In this document: positions 48,592-61,575 of the stretch, in pieces | Position numbering within the stretch: position 1 is the stretch's first letter | Layout of the letters: each line of letters opens with the position of its first letter | DNA from: Parasitella parasitica NRRL 2501 | Lineage: Eukaryota > Fungi > Mucoromycota | Direction of reading: 5' to 3' | DNA: 64,000 bases | Assembly (NCBI GenBank): GCA_025201805.1 | Contig: MU619376.1 | Span: 1 to 64,000 of the forward strand | Notes under the pieces: generated by a model | Database searches by the model: none | What the model was told of the DNA's origin: nothing | Seen by the model: only the letters and a program-made list of their open reading frames with translations | Made by a program: the position numbers and the translations under genes

Positions 48592-51500
48592 TTATACTTG
48601 TTGCGGGAAACAAGTAGGCCCATCATGGCCACCGCCATTTACTATTAATACACGAGCACCGAATTCAAAGGGGTTGCTGTTGTAAGCAACGAAATTGGCT
48701 TTGCCACCTCTGTTCAAGACGCCTGGTCCGCCCAAACCTTCAGTGTCAATTAAACCAAAGATCTCTGCAAGATTCCATGTTACTAGGCCAACAGCATCCT
48801 GTACAGTCAGGTGAGGGTTGTGTGCAAGATTCCATCCAGCCTCCCAGATCAAGTTGCGAGCGTCTCCGTTATCAACATCCGTGCTTCCCAAGCCAACACG
48901 CACTCGATGCTTCAAAAGCACATCCAACACAGTGCTGGGTGTGATTGGAGGTCCTGCAAGACAAAATCGAGATTGCCAGGTGGTGGGAAAACAGCGCGCA
49001 GGCATCAACACGACAGGAACGTCTAGTCGGCTTAAATGCTCAGCAACCAAATGTGATTCAGCACCACCGAGTATAACAAATTTGACATCATGGCCATGTT
49101 CCTTGGAGATTACTTGCTTGATCAGCAAAATAGATGCAATCTCATCCTTGTCGTCTACTTGAACAACAACCGGAATTAAACCACGAGCAGCGCGAGCAAA
49201 AACGTTGTATAGCGGATCTTTTTTGATGTTGGAAATCAAAAGATTGCGGATCGTAGCAATTTGCTTGGAAACAGTCATTGCCCCTATACAATTTCCATCC
49301 ACATACACAGCATCAGCATCAGCATCAGCAAAAAGTGAGCATTGTGCTGCTCTATAGCGTCTTACCAGAATGGTCAATCACAAAATTCAGTGCTACTTCC
49401 TCCTTGACTAATGCATCCACCGCATCCAAAATTGTGTTTTCAACACCAGTGCCAAAAGCAACAGAAACACCAGCAAGTAAATCAGAGCCTACCTGGGGCT
49501 GAGACACAGCGGTAGTGACACCTTTTATCATCTGATGAGTCTCCAAAGTTTGCTGCAAGATATATAAAGATAATCATACCTGCTTTGTAGGCTTTTTGAA
49601 GGTGCAGACCGTTGAATTTGAGTCCATCCACAGCACGAACTATCTTTTTGTACAACCCATCGTCAGTAACATCATTTTTAGCATAGCCATCTTGTGTCGT
49701 TTCTTCTGCCTGAATCTCAGAAAGCCCCAAAGGTACTCCCATAGACACAATACCCTTTATGTATGAAAATTAGCACTTGGCATTTCGTCGTTCGCCAGAT
49801 GGACAGCTTACCGGAATTACAACAGCGCCCCCCATTTCAAAAATAGGGCTGGAATTCGGCCATTCCACATGATCGCGATCACAATCGATGCCGATGCAAG
49901 AAATTTCGCCTTCCTTCACTACTATGTAAAGCCCTTGGTCGAGTTCACTAGCACGCAAAGTATTGCTTGCATTCATGTAAATCTCACCAATGTTGCGCAA
50001 AACGAACGAATCAACACCACTTGCACACGCAGCACTAAACGATTCGGGGTTGTTCAATCCATGGTCCTCTAAACGCATTGTTTTTTGAGAAAATGGTGGC
50101 AAATAGTGCCTTTCGTCGTCAGTTGCCGCCTCTTTTACGGATTCAGCTTCCATCACTTGCTTGAGAACAGCCTCTTGTTCAGTAACGCTCTTTCCCCAAG
50201 GCTTTTGAAAATCGAGTTCCTCGCCATCAATAATAACATGTTTTGGACGAGCACCTAATCTCAGAGGATGGCGCTCCCAAATGACGATATCGGCATCCTT
50301 TCCCACCTCAATACTGCAAAGAGTGTCTAGTTTCTAGTTTCTTTTTTCTTTTCTTTTTTTTTGGTACTATAATTGCATGCCTACCTTCCTATACGATGAC
50401 CAAGCTTTAAAGAATTGGCAGGTACAGTTGTAAGTGACTGAAGCGCTTTATGCTCATCAAAGCCGTAATGATACGCTTTCTGTGCTTCATGCATTAAATC
50501 ACGCTATATCACAGAAAATGGTGAGTCCATTGTCACTAAAGGACTGATTTTCCAGCAATCTTACAGCATTTGTCACAGGGTGGTCGCTCTTGAACGCTAC
50601 TGGGATACCTGCAGTATCTAAAATCTTGGGTGCATGGACATTTTGATCCCAAGCTTCTGCCTAAAATGAAAATCAGTTGGCTGTACTCTAACAATTGCCA
50701 ACAATAGATTGACCTTGTATCCCCACATATCTAATAGCAGCCTCTTTTAGTATACAACCAAACATTGTTCCAGTGTAAGTCACTTGCCTGCAAAAGTAGC
50801 GATTGTAATGTTGGTCTTTGCCCGCTTTATAACCTCGGGTACCTGCCAAGCACTGAGAGCATGATGGAATGCAGCAATTTCAAAGTCAAATTCAAGCGAA
50901 TGATGCACCATGGCTTCAATGTCTTGAGGCAAATAACAATGTACGTTCAAATTGACTTGCTTGCGTAAAAGCGCTATCAAGCTGTTCAAATCAAGATGCT
51001 CAGGATAGCTCTCTGTGAGCCGAGTGATTTTGCGTTCATCAATGGCTTCGTCGGCAGGGAAGGTTTCGTGAATCCGAGCGGCAGCATCACACCAATCGTC
51101 TTGCTTCCGCATTAGCTTCTGTGCCTGTTCAAACCTGCGACGAAACAAGTAGTTTTCACCGAGGCCTTGGTTAACAGGTAAGCATCCGTTACATGCCAAT
51201 TGTTTTTGCTTCTCTACTTACGAGTCATGGGCATCATGTTGAGTTCCCCACCATAATAACCTTTGGGGTTTTCTCCACAAGCCATCTTCATGTACCGCCA
51301 AACAATCTCTTGGTCTTCTTCCGATACACCGGCCCCAATCAACATATCTTGGTTTGACAGTGTAGATACAGGGCGAAGTTTAATAACTGCAGCCTCACCG
51401 CCCATCAAATTACCCGAGCCAGGCAGTATTAGAGACGTGGTGATACCTCCGCTGGCAACAATTTTCAGGCCAGGATCAGTAGGGCTCAAGGCGTCAATTA

Positions 51501-52146
51501 CACGTACATAGGGCGTAGTGGGCGAAGTCATTTCGTTGGTATCATCTGAAGCAGTTAAACCCCCTAATGAGTCCACGGTCATATGCGAATGCATATCGAT
51601 TACACCAGGTGTAACAACTCGTCCGCCAGCATCCAGTATACGCGTATCTTTAGGAACATCTAGGTCAGTGCCTACGGCTGCAATCAACCCATTCTTCAGG
51701 TAGACTTGGCCTCCTTCAAGGTAACTGTTGCCCAACCAAATGTGGCCATTGCGGATTAAAATATCGGAAGCCTTGGGGGCAACGCGGGGATTACGGTGTC
51801 GGGTACGGGTGGTATTCGTGTAGGACTGGCCTCTCTCCATAGTATATTGACATTTGGCGAGGCCTTCTTTGAACGAATTCAGCGAAATACCAGGGGAAAC
51901 AACCTTCGCAGGGCTTGAGCTATCCCAGAATCCTTCAACTTGCGCATTGCTGGCGGACACAATTGCTGGTAGGTGGCTTGAAAGATAAACACAACTGGTG
52001 CCGAAGAAGGCTAGTGCTGATACCGTCAAGATGAGCCGATTTCTTTGCTGTTTACGGCTGTAAGAAGCAGGCAAGTCTGGAGTCAGCAAGGGTCTAGTCA
52101 AAGATGCTGACTTGCCCTTGCTGCTGGTGTTGTTATCGCCAAACAT
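48592..52146 (-). CDS. Amidohydrolase-family protein (tandem composite domains, N-terminal TM anchor)
   Basis: DAGGRVVTPGVIDMHSH, LILPGSGNLMGG, MKMACGENPK, VHCY, FHHAL, FKSDHPV, GKDADIVIW, then a second degenerate domain. Confidence 0.85.
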
Positions 52147-52248
52147 GATTTGTTTTGAAAAAGAGGAAAGGAAAGGGGAAGAAATTGTATATTTACGCTA
52201 TTTATGTGAAACGTGAAATTGGCAAATGAGATGCATAATGTGCTATTT

Positions 52249-52370
52249 GGCAAGGTATCTGCCCTCTCTGCGAAAATCTTCAGTGACGAGACAATCAGAA
52301 CCGTGAATACCCGTAGGATGGAACTGGACAATCTCTGGGTCTTGAAGAGGAAGGCCAGCACAAGAGACAG
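52249..52370 (-). pseudogene. Short fragment of succinate dehydrogenase flavoprotein (SDH1/SdhA)
   Basis: [36 protein letters not shown] versus canonical [34 protein letters not shown]. Confidence 0.75.
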
Positions 52371-52612
52371 GCTGCTTGGAATCCCATTTATGCTCTTTTT
52401 TTTTTTTCGTCAATCGGTCTGTCAATAATGCGATAAAAGGCCTGTTCAAACCGCAACAACTCGTAGCCTTTTCTCTTCCCTTGCCTTTAGGACATTACTC
52501 ATAATGTATTCAAAACTTGTGGAAGACACTACAAAAAAAAACATGATCGAAGAGGTAAAAACTCTCATCAGTCCTAATCTGTTGAACGCTTTCACAAACT
52601 TTTATCTATAAG

Positions 52613-52988
52613 GTGAGGATCTTTAGTCCTTCAGAGAACGGTGAATTATGGAAATGCCCATTTTGTGACCCATCAAATACAGTGTACAAATTATTAGTGC
52701 CGCCTGCTAAAGAAGCAGAGCGACTACACCAGATAAAAAGACTTGTTAGAGAACATGTCGAATTACATCAAAAGGACCTGATGAGCAAAATGACGGAAAG
52801 AGATTATGACAAGGTAGGAACCATCCATCTCGTCTCTTTTTTTTTTTTTTTTTTTTNNNNNNNNNNCTATTGTACATGTACTCATAATCGTCTAGACAAG
52901 GGCAGAGAGCATCAAAAGAGTCAGATTATGGATTACAGGGACCATTGCAGACCGTGGACTATACGAAGAAAATCCACTCCAGGAATAA
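52613..52988 (+). CDS. Small hypothetical protein or fragment with CxxC...HxxxH (C2H2-like) motif
   Basis: WKCPFC ... EHVELH. Start unclear and an N gap lies in the intron. Confidence 0.35.
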
Positions 52989-53037
52989 AAAAAAAAAAAA
53001 AAAATCTTTACACAATATACGCCACTGTTAATCGTCG

Positions 53038-53691
53038 TTATACGGGCACAAAGCTACTCTTCAGTAACTCGACATTTGGCCATACCTAGCGTGATGATTT
53101 ATCAGGGTCCGTTATATTTACATGGTCAGGGCGTATATACCTTGGCAAATACTCTCCCTTTGATCAATCCCATGGCAACCGGCCCGTATGCTCTCGAATC
53201 TGTCGAGTTGCTTAAATTATCCCCACTAACCCAAACATGTCCTTGAGGAACATTCACATATTTTCTATCTGCTAATGTTGGATCTTCACAGACACTATCT
53301 CCAGCCTAAACTGGTAGCATTATTACACATGTCCTGTAGAGGAGTACAGCAAACTTACCAAGCCTATCACTCGTTTCAAAACAGATCGACCAGGCTTTGC
53401 TGGTGACATGCAGATAACAACATCGCCTATCTCTAGATCTCTAAAGTGATGTGTGATGTGATCCACTGCCACTATACCCGACATTTCAAAATTGGGCAGC
53501 ATTGAAGGACCAACGCACTATATTCTCTAATTTAACATCAAGGCAGTACCATTGGAAAACTAAACTAATCAGGCATTTACCCAAGTAACTTCGGCTACAT
53601 AGGAATTGAAACAATGAGCAAAACACCCAAACTGAAATGTGATCTTGGCGAATTTCAATGCTGCTATTCCATAGCGTCTGAACACACCCAT
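53038..53691 (-). CDS. IMP1: Mitochondrial inner membrane peptidase subunit 1 (S26)
   Basis: [57 protein letters not shown]. Confidence 0.85.
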
Positions 53692-53714
53692 TCTCGTCAA
53701 AAAGTACAATGTGT

Positions 53715-53811
<97 letters not shown>

Positions 53812-54108
53812 AAAGAGAAAAGGGCATGCTGTAGGGGGGCGTATGACAAATGAATGCTGAATTGGATCTCAGTTGGACAGCTGTATGCTGAAGTGTCAAA
53901 TGTATTTGCTTCGGACCCCCTCTTGAAAACGAAACGGATTAAGCGCAGGGTACGAAAGCCCCACAGCCTTGTCCTATATGATTAGAGTCTTGATTGTATC
54001 TATTGAATGGTCTGCTTTGAAACATTCAAGTACAGTAGATAGAGCATTTTTTTTGATAAAAAGCTTGGCGATCCTCGCTAAAGAAACACACTTTTATTGA
54101 TTGATAAA

Positions 54109-55195
54109 CTAAAGCTTTGGCGTATGAGGGAGTACAACAAAACCAATGACGGGGAAATGAGTATAGGAAGCGAAGCCATATTCTTCGTGTTGATTCTCAA
54201 TGACAGTTTCATGGATAGTGCTGTGTACCAAAGTACCGATGGAAGGCACCAGGCCTGTGTCAGTAGGCATAACAGAAACAACTTGACCCAATTTAGCCTT
54301 CAAAGAGCCATCATGTGTAGCACTAGCAAGTTTCCAAGATTGCTCTCTAGCTACAACAAGTGCCTTTTCTGCGTTAATTTGGACCAAATTACCAAGTTCC
54401 TTAAAGCGAACAGCAACCAGTGTCTTTTTTAGGTGCTCATTCAAAACAGGAACGTTGGACTTGAGCCATTTATTGCCAACGAACTGGCCAAGGAACCAGA
54501 CATTCATGGCAATGTGAAGATCAGCCAAGGATAAAGCTTTGGTGCCCAAAGCCCAGAGCGAGCCATTCTGATGGCGAGATTTAACGAGGTTTTCGACAGC
54601 TTGAAGCTCTGCATTTAGGCTTTGAAGCATATAGGGAGCGGTGAATGCAAGCGACTCTGGGTCAATTTTACGGCCTGAGAATTGCCCACGATCTTTGACA
54701 AATGCTTCGCCCAATGCACCCATAGGGATCTGAGAAACGACAGCCTGGAATACTGATCCCTCTGTCCATCTTGCCAAGGATAAAGCTGAATGCTCGGTAG
54801 AGTTTCCTTGATCATCAAGAGGGTAAAATGTCGGCTCTGGGAATCTACAAGCAAGGTTAGGAATCAACTGGTATCACTTTTGCAAATTGTTCAAATGACC
54901 TTTTTTCGAGTTCAGCAAAGATGGCCTTGGAGTCGCAGTAGGTATGGTTGCCGATTTGAAGGACGGGAGTCTTGCGATAACCAGCATCCAGAGGTCTGCG
55001 AAGAGGACGAGGCTCAATGGGCGAAATTACTACAAGTTTGAAGTCGACATTTTTGTATTGCAAGGCCCAGGCAACTTTTTGAGCAAAAGGAGAGTTTGGA
55101 TACCAATGCTATTGACGAACAGGTCAGCTTTTGTGCTTTGTCCCTCAATGAGGTCTATGTATGATAAATACCAAAATAAGTTGAGGATTAGACAT
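54109..55195 (-). CDS. Glutathione S-transferase-like protein
   Basis: HWYPNSPFAQKV, GYRKTPVLQIG..YCDSKAIF.ELE, LSLADLH. Confidence 0.85.
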
Positions 55196-55674
55196 GCTTT
55201 AGTTTCAAACGAACGGGACAAAGAAGGCTAATTACGTTCATTTGAGCCTTTTATGTTTTTTCCCTTCATCACCTTCGTGACCTTGATTTCTTTTCAAGAT
55301 GAGCAAGCATTAATTCAATAAGGAAAGGAACACAAGCAAGTTATCAGCATGCTTTAATTTGGGTGTTATCGTATTCTCAGGGTTCAGAAACAGCACAAGC
55401 ATCGTGTAAATCCAATTAAGCTTTGTTTATTATTCATCACATGTCCATCTAATGCGGTAGGATAAATTGAATGTTGTTGATTTGAGCCAACATCCCTTCA
55501 TGACTTACATCTCATTCATCGTTCCCGCAGAAACAACCTCAAGAATGGTCATGAAGCCGGTTGGAATAAATTCAGGACAAGGTGCAAAGTGGTCAAGGCA
55601 CATTATACTTCACCACGCATGACTTGATTGTTGGCAGCCCCTGAGCAGTTGTCATTTGCAACAAACAATCGATA

Positions 55675-57700
55675 CTGTCATTTTAGAGTTTCTGGAGAAT
55701 AAGTTGAGGTTTCTGAAAATAAGTTTCAAGGTTTTTGATCATTTGTCCGGCGTTTCTGAAAAAAGCTGAGGGAGTTGATGATACAAGCTGAGAAGTTTCT
55801 GAGAGGAGAGAAATGCGTCCTGAAATAAAAAAAAAAAAAAGGAGAGTTTATAGGTAAAATCTCTGTTTATTCATGCTGGAAAAAAAAAAGAAAGATATCT
55901 ACATCATATCGGTGAGATTGAGGCAATCTTGAAAAAAAAGAGACAGAATGCCTAATCCAACCACGGCAATCACTCATAGTTACAGTTTTGCCTGCTTCCT
56001 TGATTCTGGGTGTCAATGTATCATTTGTATCTAATGCTGATCTTTTGACATGGTATTTGACTTTGGACCAAAATTCTTCAATGGGATTCAAAAATGGAGA
56101 GTATGGAGGCAGATAAACACATTTATGGCCTTTAGATTCATTAAGTTTTCGTATGCATCCATTTTTATGAATAGGTGCGTTGTTCATAACGATGTATTGT
56201 CCTGGTAGATTGTTCTTGTCCAGTACATTTAGAACATTTTCGAGATAGTTCATGAAATGCTCGGTTCTTGTTCCTAATTTCGCTGTGACTCTGACAGTTT
56301 TACCATCGGCAGACCTCTTCTTGGAAGCAGATCCAAGCACCTCAGGCAACCTCAAAGAAATGTCGATGATACCCGCTGAAGAGATGGCACCAAGAATAGT
56401 GATGTTCCTACCCTTTGATTTAGGCACCAAAACCTTGCAAGGCTTTCCTTTTCTTGACCAAACTCTTGTTCTGCTGATGTAAAGATTGAATCCAGCTTCA
56501 TCCAAAAAAAACACAGTTATTTTCAAAATCCATATCTTTGTCAGCCAGCCATCCTAATACAGCTTCTCTTCTTTTCTGCTTTGTTTCATCTGAATTTCTG
56601 TACTCAGATATTTGTTGAACTTTCTTGATTGATAGCGCGCAATTATCTCTGATAAAATGATAGAATGCTGTTCTGGAAATGACTACGTCTGGAAATTTCG
56701 GCATTAAAATTTCACGCATGTATTCGAGAGTGTACGTGCCACGATGGTCGATTAGTTCTCGAATAAAAAAATCCTGTGCTTTTCCTAAGATCTGAGCTTT
56801 TGGTGGCCCCCCTTGGTTTCCAGATATCAGGGACTTCTTGATGTTCAGTATAATACTGAGCATACGGTAGGCAGTCTGCAGGATGATACTAGTTTTATTT
56901 GCTGCTGCTTTGATGGGCCATCCTTCTTGCGTTAAGCCGCAAATTCAACTACTTGTTCTCTGGTATATTTTCTGCAAGTCTTCCTCGTTTTGTTTTGTCT
57001 TAACGATTGCTTATATCTCTGAGATTTATTTTGCTCTGCTTCAGAGTCGTCTTCATCATGATCTGATCCTTGAAGGTCTTCTACCAGAGATTGATCCATC
57101 TCTATATATTCTTCATCATCTTCATTTTCATATTGATTCTCTGTACGATCACCGTGAAAAAAAATAGGATCTTCCTCAAGTGATTATGGACCGCAGATTG
57201 AACTACGTCCAAATCAGAGAAGGCCTCCAGCAGTTCCTCGTGGGCAACCTTCATCTTGCCTTCCTCATCATTCTCAAAGAAAGCCGAAAGAAACATGGTA
57301 TGAGCCGGCAGCATTTTTGGGGGGGGGGATGAAAATTGGAACAGCCCTAGTGGTCGTTTTAGGGCGTTCTAGCTGCTGCTGTCGTTGTTGCTCTTTGGCT
57401 CTCTTCTTGCTTTCTTGATGGGCCGCCTGCTTTGTCAAGATTATCTCTGTTCTTCTCTCAATGGCTTGTTCCATGAAAGAAGGGTACTCCACAACAACCT
57501 CCTTCTCCTTTATTTTTTTTGTTGACTTTGCTTATATATCCACAGCCTGTGGGGTACTTGATGTTCATCTTGGCAGAGGCGTGTTTCATGGACAAGCCTT
57601 CGACAAAATACCAGGCGGCCCTACTTGATTTTGATTTTATTGTAAAGGCGCAAACAGCAGGATGACTATCATGCAGTATCAGTACCACAAACCCAGCACA
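55675..57700 (-). mobile_element. Degenerate Tc1/mariner-IS630 (DDE_3) transposon
   Basis: VFF/LDEAGFN, IVMNNAPIHK (catalytic D to N), YLPPYSPFLNPIEEFWSKVK, frameshift near 56510, subterminal TTTCTG..AATAAG repeats at 55690-55830. Confidence 0.8.
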
Positions 57701-57739
57701 TTTCTAGTGTATATACACACGTATAAAAGTGCTTGGCAA

Positions 57740-58400
57740 GATTTTTGAGATTGTGATGGGGTCATAAGAGTGGGAGGTGGGTAGCAAAGGCAAGCGCTTG
57801 CAGATGGGATAGGATCATAAAAAAGCAAGATCGAAAATCATGCGCCAATGAGCCTGCCAGACAGCCAGTAATGTGCATGCAAAGATTTGATCTGTTGAAA
57901 GTAGAGTACAAGGTAATTGTTCAACTCGTGGAAGAGGATTGTCGGAACAAGCCAAGATGGAGACCAGTTGATGGACGAGTGCATGGTCAGAGAGAGCGAG
58001 TGGAGAGATATAATAGCTTTGGAATATGGAGTTTAAGTGGGCAAGAAAAAAGAAAATGGCAGAGGTCTTCTTCCGCTTGGCCAGAGCAAAGAGAGCAGAA
58101 AGGAGAGGAATGGAGATGCGACATGAGTCGGTGAAGGAGAGACTTGGTAGGGATTTTAGCATGTAAATCTCGATACCACACCGTACGAGAAGAGAGAGGG
58201 ATGACTAGCGACCAAAAGTGCGACCACTCCGTAGTAGGGGGCGGTAAAGATGAGGCGAGTGGAGGCGAGTGGAGGCGGAGGCAGTAAGGACCGATAGCAG
58301 GTGATACTGTTGAGAGGTATGCGTCGAGAACAACGAGTCAAGGAAGAGGAGGCCGTCGTCGTACTAGGTACGAAGAGGCTCGAGCAAAATGAACGTAAGG
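57740..58400 (-). mobile_element. LINE fragment (C-terminal zf-RVT region)
   Basis: VVWYRDLHAKIPTKSLLHR..SPFCSLC..EEDLCHFLFSCPLK, then IFACTLLAVWQAHWRMIFD. Confidence 0.75.
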
Positions 58401-58589
58401 TTGGAGGAAAGAGATGGGAATGTTGTAAAGTCCTGCGTACAGTAGGATATGCTAAATATAGTCAGTATATTTAAAGAAGAGAAAGAGACTGACTTTATTA
58501 TATAGTAATTGAATAGGTTATTTATATGATTATTAGAATGACTTGGCAATATATACAGTACATGTGGCAAAGGGTGCTGCTCACTGATG

Positions 58590-60540
58590 CGATGGTGAAT
58601 AGATCGGGCCTAATGTAGCCATCCCGTGGTGGTCGTCTCCCTTGGTCAATTTGAGTATGATCGGGTTGACAATGTCACTCAACGACTGCTGCTCGTCTAG
58701 AGAAAACGCATGCTCAATGCTATTGGCGTCGTGCTGTTGCTTCAGTGCCATGATGTTGCTAATCGAATCCTCTACAAGACACTATACGCAGAAAGATCAA
58801 CAGCCTATACTCGTGCTATCGTAAATACCCATTACCTTGGTGCTCCAGAAAAACTGCACAAATCTTGGGACATGTACGGCTTTGTCAGATTCATCAGGCA
58901 AAATGTGGACTGAGGCCTCGCGCCACAGATCAAAGACACCTTCATTGCGATAGCCAACACTCCAGAGATGCAGCCTCTCGTCTAAAGCCAAAAGAAAAAG
59001 CTGTTATCATTGAAAATATCCTTTGCAAAGCGACATGATGGCGTACCTGCTGCGTGAATAAAGTAAGTCTTGATCTTCATAAATGTGTCAACAGAACCGA
59101 ACCGATAGTCGTCTGCGATGCACTTGATCATTGAGAGCAGCCCATACACCCCTTTGTGATGATCGAAATTGGGTTTCGTCTTGTCTAGATTGGTAAAGGA
59201 TCCGGAGGTTTCGAGTACTAGTATCTCTTGTTGCTTCAGGCCCGACGATGGCACTACCAGTCAAAATGTATGCAACTTACATCTCCTCCAAAATGTTTCG
59301 AAGAAACTCAAAGCTTACGTCCTTTTGCTCAAACAACATCATTGATATGCTGTTGACAACTCTTTCACGACCAGCCTCGTCTTGCTAAAAAAATAAATAA
59401 AATAAATTCTTTGCTACAACGTGAATCAAAGCGTATGTACTTACAGCAGCCGTAAAAGCCATGATGTATTCCTTGAAAGTTTCTGGCATTGGATAGGGGC
59501 ATTTTTGTCTTCATCTGCATGTGCGTTGCATACAGGCTTTCATCCAAATCAGGCTTTCCCAAGACGCCCTTACCAGTACGAACAATGCCATTAGCTATCA
59601 AGCTATTATAAATCAGAAATAAGAAAACATTAGCTTCTATGGCAGTGACTTTGAAAAGCCCTGATTTACCTAAAGGGATCAAAGTCATTGATGTTGCTGT
59701 TGGCATAGGCAACCCAGTCTTTCCATACGCTAGCTGGCGATACCTAACAGGCTAGTTGAGTGCTCTTATGAAAAGGATAGCCACTCATATCATTACCTGG
59801 TTGTGGGTTGCATCCTCTTTTTGCGCTGGCAGTACTGAGGAAGGCTTGAGCATGAGTGAGAGATTAGTTTTTGTATCACTATCAAGGGCAAGCAAGCGAA
59901 CTTACCTCAGCAGGGGCACCACGGACATTAATGGAGCCGTGATTGGTCGAGTTGTTGAGATTGACCATGTTGCCGTAATTGACGATAGTTTCTGCGTTGT
60001 TCAGCTTGCGTTTTTTGCAAGCTTTTCTTGCTTGATTTGCCTTTAGCAGGGCAGGCGTTGGCTACGATAATGTCAATATCTTTCAAAATCAAATATCATG
60101 TATAATCTGTACCTTTTTTGCCGCTATCAAGTCCTGTACATAATCCTTAATTCGTGTAGGAATGCCTTCGAGCCTTGAGATCCAGTTCAAATCGTTGGCG
60201 TAGTCATTTAATATTTTGCTAATTTTCTTCTGCTTCTTGACTGTTGTTGACGCTTCAAAATAGGTCTCTGCATCCCATTCAACGGCGGGTTTGGTGTTAA
60301 AGAAGCCTCTTGAACCCTCACCAACAATGGGAACCTTGAACTGTTTCTCCTCTTCTGTGAGTTAAATCATGGTAGGTATGTCAATGCCAATATCAGTGGC
60401 ATTAAAACCAAGGCACGATCTGTTGTCTTGCCAATCCACTCTTGGAGCTCTATTGTATCTTTTCATCTATCTGTATCATCCACTTCAAATAATCCAAATG
60501 CTTGCTCATATACACGATTCGTGGGAAGAGACACGATTTT
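58590..60540 (-). pseudogene. Degenerate multi-exon gene of a Mucoromycota-type expanded hypothetical family (possible PD-(D/E)XK-like nuclease domain)
   Basis: EILVLETSG, DHHKGVYGLLSMIKCIADDY, FIHAA^RLHLWS..GVFDLWRE. Interrupted frames. Confidence 0.4.
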
Positions 60541-61289
60541 GCAGAGGTTAGTATTTTAATAGTAATACGGATTCCCTTTACCGATGATATTCTCCAGGTT
60601 AAGGCTCACTCGCTTTTGGTAACAAGATTCTCAATAGTTGAGGCAAAAGGTCGCCGGTTTCAAGAATACGCTCCTTCGACCCACTCATGGCTTTAATTCA
60701 AAGACTATCGCCAATGGTAATGGCAATACAATACAGGAAGTATCTATATTTCGCTGCTTCACTTTTAAGGGCAAACACGATTTACACACAGGCTTATCGC
60801 CTCTGCGACCGGCTTCTATCATGCTGAAGGGCTTTGTAAGGCATGGTGGGAGCTTTTTATCGTGAACAGTCTCCGTAGACTTGGAAGCTACTCTTGCTTT
60901 GACACAACTAAATGCAAAAAGAGTTGACTCGTTTGCTTGCAAACAAGGTGTCTATTGAGATTTGGTTTGTCTCATTAGCATTCATGTCTAGATTTTACAT
61001 CCATGATAAAGAATACTTTTACTAATCTACTTAAGGGTGGACAGCAAATGTTCACTATGCAAGGGACTCTCTAAAGGCCAGGATATTACGGTTCAAGGCC
61101 ATCCATGGTACTAAATGCGTCTCGATAAGGTTGTCACTGGAGGTCAAGGCTCTTGTACAAAGGAATTTGAGGATTGTCTAAATAACTTGATCAACCCGAT
61201 TAATCATTCTAATCAACTTGAATACCTTTTACAAATAATTTGATTATCCTTTGCAAATAACCCCAATTTTTATTTTAAACAACTCGAAA

Positions 61290-61575
61290 TAACTTGTGTG
61301 TTCATTCCAAAACTGTGATGATGGTTTATGATTACAATTGCTCAACTTTCAAAATGGATCTCATTGCACCAGCCACATACAGAATGATCAAGCTAAAATC
61401 ATTCTTTATCCCTCGAAGCCTCTATGATCTCTCTACTCTGCACACTGCCACAGCCTCCTTGAAGCAAGTCAATCTTTAGGTCAAGAAACAAGTCGCCTTG
61501 ATGAATGATGCCACCAGAAACCGTATCAGTGACTCCCTAGAGTGGTTGCGTTTACCTGTGATCATGAAATCATAA
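61290..61575 (+). pseudogene. Degenerate C-terminal gene fragment, unknown family
   Basis: TFKMDLIAPATYRMIKLKSFFIPRSLYDL, with an in-frame stop downstream. Confidence 0.25.

Noticed and set aside
53723-53809. Very long poly(A) upstream of IMP1
   Set aside because: No associated retroelement or TSD. Same artefact-like pattern as other runs next to gaps.
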